DNA of 64,000 bases, taken from NCBI GenBank assembly GCA_951406725.2, contig OX597820.1, positions 72,602,001 through 72,666,000 of the forward strand, given 5' to 3'. This DNA comes from Octopus vulgaris (lineage: Eukaryota). Made by a program: the position numbers and the translations under genes. Within the stretch, counting starts at the first letter, position 1. Each line of letters begins with the position of its first letter. This document shows, one piece after another, positions 54,748 to 64,000 of this stretch. The notes beneath the pieces were generated by a model, which saw nothing but the letters and a program-made list of their open reading frames with translations, ran no database searches and was not told where the DNA came from.

Positions 54748-55079
54748 TATCTATGTGTGTATGTATATATATATATATGTGTGTATATGTAACATTTCCA
54801 CATGTAAAGGAATTTTGAAACTTTACAGAATATTCCTGCAAGATATCTGCCACAATTTATAGCCTAATTACTGATTTCTGTGAAAAGCTTTGCTTTTGAC
54901 AAAGTCCTTAGAATACAAAGGAACCTTCTGGACATTTGATGAATATTCTTTGAATTATAATCAATGCAAGGAGAACTAATGCTGCAAACTACTTCTTACG
55001 CTAGAGTTCGATGGGACTTTGACTCTCATGAAAGATAAAATGATCGTGGCTTGCTTAAATGAGATGATAAACCATGTGG

Positions 55080-55550
55080 TGGAGATGATGGTGGTGGCAG
55101 TGGGGGGTAGTGGTGAGGGATATTGTTGTTATTATTATAGTTGTGATAATAGTAATAGTGGCAGTGGTGGATGATGAAGATGATGATGATGAAATTCGTG
55201 ATGATAACGATGATGATGGTGATGGTGTTGGTAGTGGTTGTAGTGGTGGTGGTGAAGGTGATGATGATAATGATGGTGGTGGTGGTGCTGATGGTGTGGA
55301 TCATTGTTCTCATTGTCGTGGTTGTGGTAATAGCAGTTGTGATGATGGTGGCGGTGGATGATGAAGATGATAACAACGATAGTGTTGGTAGTGGTTGGTG
55401 GTGGTGGTGGTGGTATTGATAGCAATGATGACAAATATAACAACAATGGTAGTGGTGATGGTGGTGGTGGTGATGGTGGTAATGAATATGACGGTGACAT
55501 TGGTGCTGACGATATTGACAACAATGACGATGACGATGACGACGACGACA
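55080..55550. repeat. (GAT)n/(GGT)n low-complexity tract
   Basis: Directly visible. Explains the poly-His/Asp/Gly ORFs. Confidence 0.95.
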
Positions 55551-56403
55551 GAAGAGAAAAAGATTAGAATGTTCAAGATATAACATAATTTCTTTCAGTT
55601 TGAACAATTTTTGCTTCACAGAAGGAAAACTTCAAAAGCAAAAAAAATCAACAACAAAAAAAACACATTCTTTACATTTGATTGTTTTGTTTCAATAACT
55701 TCAGTGAAAATCAACAATAATTCTTAAAGTTTTTGAAAAAAGAAGGCATTATTGTATACATAATACCAAGTTAACAGTGACCTTTTCTGTTCTGTTATGT
55801 TCTATTTTAAAGGATGATCACATGAAATTCCATAGTTTTCATTAAGCTATATGTCTCCAGGGTTTCTCCTGATAAAATTACATTGGTTTTTCTAAAGCAT
55901 TATGGTGCTACCCAAAAGATAACAGTACCCAAAAGTATTCAGCGTGAAGGAAATAATATCAGCAATTTGATATAATTTTAGCTGATTTTGAATTACAGGA
56001 TTTGGCTTAAAGCATACATTACAAAACAAAATATTTTATCACTAACATAACAGTTCTTTAAATAGAAACTGGAGCCTTTCAATGAAGGACTTGCAGAAGG
56101 TTAATCCTGTTATTGCAAAATGATAACAATATCTAGTTGCAATGACCCTAAAGGAGAATATGAGATTCTTTTCTTTTGGTGTAAGCCGCAAAACAGAAAA
56201 ACATAAAAAGCAAAAAATCATTGTATGATAAATAAACAGCAGAAATACGGGAAGTGTTCACAAAAATTTCTTCACTTATTTTTTAATACAATAATGACAT
56301 TTAAGTTGCCTTTGTTTGTATCAATGAAAAAAAAAATGGCTAAAACATGTATGCACCGAAAAATAACATTTTTTTATGAAGTATACGGTTATATTTGAAA
56401 GAA

Positions 56404-56721
56404 GGATTTTGAAGATAATTTCGTATAAAACATCGATTCATGGCTCTATGGTTCAGAAGTATGCTTCACAGTTTTGTGGTTTCAAGTTTGGTCTCACTGA
56501 GCAGCACCTTGGGCAAGGGTCCTTTACAATAGCCCCAGGCTGACCAGTGTCCTGTAAATGGATTTTGAAGATAATTTCATATAAAACATCGATTCATGGC
56601 TCTATGGTTCAGAAGTATGCTTCACAGTTTTGTGGTTTCAGGTTTGGTCTCACTGAGCAGCACCTTGGGCAAGGGTCCTTTACAATAGCCCCAGGCTGAC
56701 CAGTGTCCTGTAAATGGATTT
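56404..56721. repeat. 156-bp tandem duplication
   Basis: Units start at 56404 and 56560 with two visible mismatches. GGATTT microhomology at both junctions. Confidence 0.92.
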
Positions 56722-57229
56722 GATTGGAAGACAATAAAAGAAACCCATCACATATATCATGTCTTTTACTTCTTTCAGTCATTGGACTGTGGCTATGCTG
56801 GGGCACTGCCTTGAGTGGTTTCTAGCAAACCAGCCATGGAGCCTATTTTTAAGTCTAGGACTTATTCTATCATTCTCTTTTGCTGAACAGCTAAGTTATC
56901 AACATCATCATCCAGTGTTGTAAATTCGGGTTTTGTCCATGTTAACGGGGGTGACCGGATCTAAGTTATGGAAATGTAAACAAACCAACACCAATTATCA
57001 AACAGTGGAGGAACAAAAACACACACACATGTGCTCACATACATACACACATGCGCACATAAATATATTTATGAAGGGTTTCCACACAGTTTCCATCTAT
57101 TAAATCCACTAACAAGGCATTGGTCAGCTCAAGGTGCCATGCAATAGGACTGAACCTGAAACCACATGATTGCAAAGCAAGCTTCCTAACCACACAGTTA
57201 TGTATGCACCCATATTATTATATTGTTAT

Positions 57230-57398
57230 TATTGTTGTTATTGTAGTTGTGGACCTTCCATTTCATTCTATTTATAAAGTTTTTTCGCTGGTTAATTAGG
57301 TCCTGTATATATTCTTTCCTACTGGGAATCAGTATATCCTTCAAAGATGAGCTCCACTCTATCATTTCAATCCTACCTGAAAGATCCATTTCTGACAT
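57230..57398 (-). pseudogene. N-terminus of a Penelope-like element ORF
   Basis: MSEMDLSGRIEMIEWSSSLKDILIPSRKEYIQDLINQRKNFINRMKWKVH resembles the 'S.K.IP.PS...Y...LI.....FI.RM.WK' start of PLE proteins. It lies downstream of a hammerhead-containing pLTR. Confidence 0.7.
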
Positions 57399-57816
57399 TT
57401 ACAAGAAGTCCTAGTAGTAGAAGCAATTGTATGATTAATATAAATAATTTGGGAAAACAAATTTCCAAATCAATCAGGTGTATCCCTATAGCATTAAAGG
57501 AATCTACATATCATACTTTGGGGTCTTATTTGTCGTATATTTATATATTTATCTATAAATATACAAAGTATCTGATAAAAGTCAGTATTCAGTTTTTGGG
57601 GATTAATCGATATGCGGGTATTCTATTTCAGATAATACAAAAATAACCTAATGAGTATATCTTACAGTAAACTCATGGTATCAGTTTGCACATCATGAAA
57701 TAACACTTAAAGAATATAACCTAAATTACCAGCTATATAATGTACTTCATTAATTATATACTTTAGTTAATACTTAATATTTTTTTAAAATCCTTCATAT
57801 TTAATTAAATATGAAG

Positions 57817-57944
57817 GAACTACACATGTTTCAGTGTTGGAATATTACAATATTCATACATATAAACAACAGTATACCTATACATATATAAATATATATA
57901 TGCAATCATCAGATTTACAATTATTTCAACACATCTTCAGGTTC
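57817..57944 (-). ncRNA. Type I hammerhead motif with ~90-nt helix II insertion
   Basis: Minus strand: GAAC-CTGAAGA-T-GTGTTG...CAACAC-T-GAAAC-ATGT-GTA^GTTC. Confidence 0.75.
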
Positions 57945-58215
57945 TATTTCAAAATATTATATAGCTAATTTCACATCACTTTAAAAATAAGCAATATACT
58001 ACAAAATGAAAATAAACAAAAAGAAATTACACAAACGTGTATAAACAGGAGATACAAATATTACAGGCACTTCCCCCACACACACACTAACTAAACATAG
58101 ACACACATAGAGGTATACGCATGCGCAAATAAAGACACATAGAATAGAAATACAAAATACAAAATGGCTGACCGTTAGTAAGGAGAGACATACAAATAAG
58201 AAAGAAGAAAGCAAA

Positions 58216-58260
58216 GGACCGCTGATGAGGTCACAGAAGTGTGACGAAAGAACTCTGGCC
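58216..58260 (+). ncRNA. Minimal type I hammerhead motif
   Basis: GGACCG-CTGATGA-G-GTCAC-AGAAGT-GTGAC-GAAA-G-AA-CTC^TGGCC. Perfect stem II, weak stems I and III. Confidence 0.7.
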
Positions 58261-59084
58261 GAAATAAGATTAAGATTCATGTAAAAAATAAATAATGCTG
58301 AAGCAAATTAACACCAAATATATAGTGTGTGTGTTTTTATTGGCTAAACTGGCAAAATGACTATTCCTAAATACAACAACATAAGCAATATAGATATGCA
58401 TTAAAGATTAAAAATTACGAATTAGAAATTAAGAATAAAAATTTTAATTATACATATATATGACTAAACATGAACTACTATTGGAACTTACATACCATGT
58501 ACAGGAATCTTTTTTACCACTTCTATACACCAATTTCCTTGAATAATGGAACTGCAACTACAATATCTTTATATATTTTATATTTTCTTTGATCCAGCTA
58601 CAATGGAGAGAAAGAAAGAAACACAGGTTAAGAGAAGAAAGATAGCTGATGGTCAGGTGGGAGCCACATGAGCAAGGGAGGAAGAGTGAGGGATATATAT
58701 ATGTGTGTGTGTGTGTAAATATATATATATACATATATTTATTTATGCACACACATGCATACATATGTTGGTTGAGTCAGTCTCTTTCTAGCTTTGCCTG
58801 TGGGTACATGGGGTCTTCAGGTAAGTTGCAACAACAGCTAACTAAATTTTATATATGTGTGTATGAGTGTGTGTATGTGTGTGTGTGTATGTCTTCGTCA
58901 CTTGACAATCAGTGTTGTGTCATTTACGTCTTCTTAACTTAGCGGTTCAGCAAAAGAGACTGATAGGATAAGTACATGCTTACAAAGAATAAGTTCTGGG
59001 ATTGATTTGCTTGAGTAAAGGCAGTGCTCCAGCATGGCCAGTCAAATGACTGAAACAAGTAAGAGAATAAAAGAAAATATATAA

Positions 59085-59121
<37 letters not shown>

Positions 59122-59804
59122 CATACATGCATGCATATATATACCTATACTATTTATATTATATATATATATATGTATGTGTGTGTCTGTGTTTGTCCCC
59201 TCTAATGCTGGTGTGTCTACATCCCCATAACTTAGCAGTTCAGCATAAGAGACTGATAGAATAAGTACTAGGGTCGATTTGCTCGACTAAAGGTGGTGCG
59301 CCAGTATGGCCACAGTCAAATGACTGAAACAAGTAAGAGAATGAAAGTATATATATATAAGTACATACATACATATCATCATCATCATCATCATCGTTTA
59401 ACGTCCGTTTTCCACGCTAGCACGGGTTGGACGGTTCGACCGGGGTCTGGGAAGCCAGGGGCTGCTCCAGGCTCCAGTCTGATCTGGCAGAGTTTCTATG
59501 GCTGGATGCCCTTCCTAATGCCAACCACTCCCCGAGTGTAGTGGGTGCTTTTTACGTGCCACCTGCACAGGCGCCAGGGGGGGTCCGGCATCGGTCATGA
59601 TCGGTTTGAGCTTTTAACGTGCCAGCGGCACGGAAGCCAGCCAAGGCGGCACTGGCAACCGGGGGGGGGGGTCCAGCTGAGAAAGGTTCCACCAATGAGA
59701 AGAGAGGGAGAGAAAGTGTGGGGGGGTGCAGGTAATATAGGGAAGTACCAGTGGGGAGGGTTGGGGTAAGGAGGAATGATGACAGGTAGGGTTGGTGCAG
59801 GTTC

Positions 59805-59844
<40 letters not shown>

Positions 59845-59845
59845 A

Positions 59846-60534
59846 TCTATATATAAAAAACTCAACTTGCGTGTGTGTGTGTGTATCTGTGTATGTGTCT
59901 GTGTGTTTAACTTCCCGGCACATCTCCTCCTAGCCAACAAATCGTAGAACCACCAAAAATGGGTCACTTAAAGTTTAGGTGAATGAAAATTGAACTGCGC
60001 TATTTCTGTTCCAAAATTCATCTCGCAAGTGCAAAAATCGATAATGTGTTTGTTTAGGCCTTATCCCATGCATTGAATAGTGAACTTTACTCAGTCAGCT
60101 GTTTGACGTGAACTGTGTTCACCACGCGTGCAAGCATGCGTAAATTGCATGAAAAATAAAAAATCAAGATATAAAAATGAATCGCCGTAAACATTGTAGA
60201 AATTCAGCAAAGAAATTAATTTTCGGGATGTAGCCTAGAGGGTTTTTTCGTATTAATCGTTTGGACTTTGTGAACACATACCAATTGTTTTCATAACATT
60301 TTTAACGCTTTGAAGTAAATGTGACCATTTTGTGTTGAGTCGGCAGTTTGAATCACTTTAACCAAATTTTAGCAGGCCAGATTTTTTATCATCATGATAC
60401 ATTGCCAGTGACTCCCTGAAACTCTCCCCTGAAATCCCCGTTGAGAAATCTATTATATATATAATAATACTTTGAATGTGACTCCTGAGAAAGAGTAAAA
60501 GTAATTATCCGATGAACGATGGGTATTACTGCTA

Positions 60535-60535
<1 letters not shown>
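59846..60535 (+). mobile_element. Non-autonomous Helitron in (TA)n
   Basis: 5' TCTATATATAAAA, (GT)n, 3' degenerate hairpin (ATCCGATGAACGATGGGT) and CTAG followed by T. Confidence 0.8.
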
Positions 60536-60571
<36 letters not shown>

Positions 60572-61258
60572 ATGCATATGTCTGTGTTTGTCACCTCCAA
60601 GGCTGGTGTGTCTACGTCCCTGTAACTTAGTGGTTCACTAAAAGAGACCAATAGAAAAAGTACTAGGCTTACAAAGAATAAGTCCTGGAGTCGATTTGCT
60701 CGACTAAAAGCAGTGCTCCACCATGGCTGTAGTCAAATGACTGAAACAAGTAAAAGAGTAAAAGAGAATATAAGAACTAAGGTTGATTTCTCTGATTAAA
60801 CACGTCAATCGGTGCGCCAGCATGACCACAGTCTAATGACTGCAACAGGAAGAGAGTAAAAAAAAAGAGCAAAACTGTCATATAGTACTCATAGTAACCC
60901 AACAAGGGTCCACTTAAGATATCCTTCAATGTGGAAGTAAAAAAATATAAAGCTGAAGTTACATCTCTCAACCCTTGGCAGCAGAACAAAAAGACAAACA
61001 AAAAATCTAGATATACTGGTCGGAGAGCGAATAAATTCAAAGAGCATTATTTTAATTGTACTATCTCATTCAGATATATTGCTAAAATAAATACCACAAA
61101 GCTGTCAAATTACTTATGGTAATTAAAAGTAAATGGAATAAATTTTGTCAGAGAGTGGAAAATATTAGAAAGCATAAAACCATATAAAACCAGAATTAAA
61201 TGGTTTGACTTCCATACAAACAGGAAAATAATCATCTTCTCAATGTTCATACATTGGG

Positions 61259-61295
<37 letters not shown>

Positions 61296-61707
61296 TGTGT
61301 AGCATCTGCTTTCCATGCTAGCAAGGGTTGGACGATTTGACTGAGGACTGGCAAACCAGATGGCTGCACCAGGCTCAAATCTGATCTGGCAGAGTGTCTA
61401 CAGCTGGATGCCCTTCCTAACGCCTACCACTCCGAGAGTGTAGTGGGTGCTTTTACGTGCCACCAGCACGAGGGCCAGTTAGGCGGTACTGGCAATGGCC
61501 ATGCTCAAATGGTGCTTTTTACGTGCCATCAGCACAGGAGCCAGTCAAGCGGCGCTGGCAACGATCTAGCTTGAATGTCTTTTCATGTACCAGTAAGGCG
61601 ACGCTGCAATTTTACTTTCTATAGTTAGGCACTCCACTTGGAACCTTTTTTTCATAATTTTCCCTATCCTTTTACCTATGTGTGTATGTGAGCATGTTTA
61701 TATATAC

Positions 61708-62226
61708 ATATATATTTTTTAATAATATATTCTTATTAATATTAGGAAATCAATATCAAAACTCCTCAGAAAGATATACACATGTGAAAAATAATTTTTG
61801 TATTAAAAATATATGAATAAATATAAACATGTATAAAAATATATGTAAATATGAATAAGTATAAATATATAATATATATGACAGTTTAAAAGTTTTGAAT
61901 TAATTATTTAAAGCATCTTACAATTGTTTCACAGAAGAGTAGTCCCTATAATGAAATCCTATATAGATAAGCATTTATAGACAACGCTTCTGCTCTTCAG
62001 AGATATAAAACTTGAATTCTGTATAACATATCGAATGATAATTTTTTTTTTAAATTTGAAGTAAAACTATAAAATGGTGTTTGTTTGAGAGATAAATTAA
62101 AAACTACTACTTTTGATGAAAGTTTTTAATACAACAATTATTTTGCACACATGTATATCTTTCTGAGGAGTTTTGATATTGATTTCCTAATATTAATGAT
62201 AATATATTATTAAAAAATATATATGT
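61708..62226. mobile_element. Fold-back Penelope-like derivative with a hammerhead in the loop
   Basis: Arms ~61708-61810 / 62123-62226 (TTAATATTAGGAAATCAATATCAAAACTCCTCAGAAAGATATACA and its reverse complement). Confidence 0.82.
61914..62005 (-). ncRNA. Type I hammerhead ribozyme motif
   Basis: Minus strand: TATCT-CTGAAGA-GCAGAAG...(~55 nt)...CTTCTGT-GAAAC-AATT-GTA^AGATG. Palindromic stem III ACAATTGT. Confidence 0.82.
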
Positions 62227-62530
62227 GTATAATCACTAGTATTAAATATAGAAATACTTTAATAGATGACCTGGATATATATACGTGTACGTGTTTGTGT
62301 GTATGTGTTTGTCTCCATCCCCCACCTACCAGTACTGCTTGACAACCAGTACTGGTGTGTTTACATCCCCATATCTTAGTAATTCAGCAAAAGAGCCTGA
62401 TAAAATAAGTAGCAGGTTTTAGGAAAAAGTCCTTGGGTTGATATTTTGTTCAACTAAAACCCTTCAAGGTGGTACCCCAGAATGGCCACAGTCAAATAAC
62501 CGAAACAAGTAAAATATAAAAAGATAAAAG

Positions 62531-62575
<45 letters not shown>

Positions 62576-62929
62576 TATTTCTTTTAATTTCTGTTCATAT
62601 TCCTTTTCTTTTTCCTGTTATTTAATTTTTTCAAAAGTTATTTGGTGACCCCAGTCCATGCTGCAATTATAGAAACCATGTCAAAGCTTGATGAAGACCA
62701 GGGGCTTGATGAATCCTGTCAAACTCCTGCTAGCATGGAAAATGGATGTTAAATGATGATGATGATACATGTGTACTGTATATATATGAAGGTATGTATA
62801 CACCCACACACACACCTATATATGTATGTGTGTGTATGTACGTAAGTATGTATGCGTGTGTGTGTGTGTATATATATATACACACACACACACAGATATA
62901 TATATATATATATACATACATATATGTAT

Positions 62930-63118
62930 TTCTTTTATTTGTTTCAGTTATTTGACTGTGGCGATGCTGGAGCACCGCCTATAGTTGAGGAAATCCACCC
63001 CAGGACTTATTCTTTATGAGCCTAGTACTTATTCTATCAGTCTCTTTTGCCGAACCGCTAAGTTACAGGGACATAAACACACCAGCATCGGTTGTCAAGC
63101 AATGTTGGGGGGACAAAC

Positions 63119-63150
<32 letters not shown>

Positions 63151-63313
63151 GATGGGCTTCTTTCAGTTTCCGACTACCAAATCCACTCACAAGGCTTTGG
63201 TCAGTCCGAGGCTATAATAGAAGACACTTGCCCAAGATGCTACACAGTGGGACTGAACCCAGAACCATGTGGTTTGTTAGCAAGCTACTTACCACACAGC
63301 CACTCCTACGCCT
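62930..63313 (-). mobile_element. Family B SINE, near full length
   Basis: Reverse complement GGCGTAGGAGTGGCTGTGTGGTAAGTAGCTTGC...GGTTCAGTCCCACTG...TTGGGCAAGTGTCTTC, plus the conserved tail. Confidence 0.85.
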
Positions 63314-64000
63314 ATGTATATTATATATGTGTGCGTATGTATGTATATATATATGTTCATATATATATATGTATATATGTATGTATATATATATGTACAC
63401 ACACACACAAGCAGGTATATATGTATATATGATATATGTATATGTGATATGTAAATGTGAACTAATATACTAAAAGCCATCATTGTATAAGTACCAGTAT
63501 CTCTAAACAGACATCTGTCATCTTTTTTTTTTAATCTTTGTTAACAGTTCACTAATTAATTGATTAAAAAAACGTTTCTTTTATGAATTGGCAAGAATTC
63601 AGGCAAAGTGTATTGAGTAGCAACAAGAATTAACACTAGATTAATTGGACTGTAATAAAGAAGTATTCCTGGAGGTGAAATTCACACATCATTCTAACCA
63701 GAATTAAATCCACTCTATAGTTTTTAGATGGTCATTTAAGGTCATATGATGTAGACACCTCTGATTTGACCCCAGTAAGTTTTGAAAATCGATTAAAGCT
63801 ATTCATCATTTTCTAAAGGATTGGTCAAATGATATAAACATCTCTGATTCAACTCCAGTAAGGGTCAATAATTGATTAACTCACCAGAAATTATTTTCAA
63901 CATATTGTTTATCTTACCATGTTTGTTTTTGACTTTTACTTCACTGCATCTAAGCTATATTAATAGATGTATGTTGTATATATAGAAGTCCTTAGTATGA

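Noticed and set aside
55026-55619. Poly-His/Thr 197-aa ORF (also 5517-5992 and 17153-17477)
   Set aside because: Trinucleotide and purine low-complexity tracts with no domain-like sequence.

Overview
This is AT-rich, repeat-saturated eukaryotic non-coding DNA. It is most likely intronic or intergenic octopus (cephalopod) sequence, inferred from the (TA)n/(CA)n/(GAT)n load and from tRNA-derived SINE families resembling octopus SINEs. No intact host protein-coding gene is visible, and nearly all ORFs in the track are microsatellite artefacts. Identifiable content: dozens of SINE copies in four families, remnants of mariner, Tigger/pogo and Tc1-like transposases, hAT and Tc1 MITEs, three Helitrons and a Helentron-type element, RTE and CR1-like LINE remnants, and a head-to-tail stack of four Dong/R4 (RLE) LINE 3' ends in (AAT)n. 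The most striking signal is about 15-17 type I hammerhead ribozyme (HHR) motifs that I folded by eye, from roughly ten unrelated sequence families. Most lie in fold-back elements with the ribozymes facing outward. They include a young Penelope-like element (GIY-YIG fragment, apparently identical inverted pLTRs, microsatellite-filled 3' UTR), a tRNA-headed HHR element, HHRs with long helix II insertions, and a family with a compensatory G3-C8 core that canonical CUGANGA searches would miss. Coordinates were read by eye and may be off by a few bases. Family assignments come from motif recognition, not database searches.
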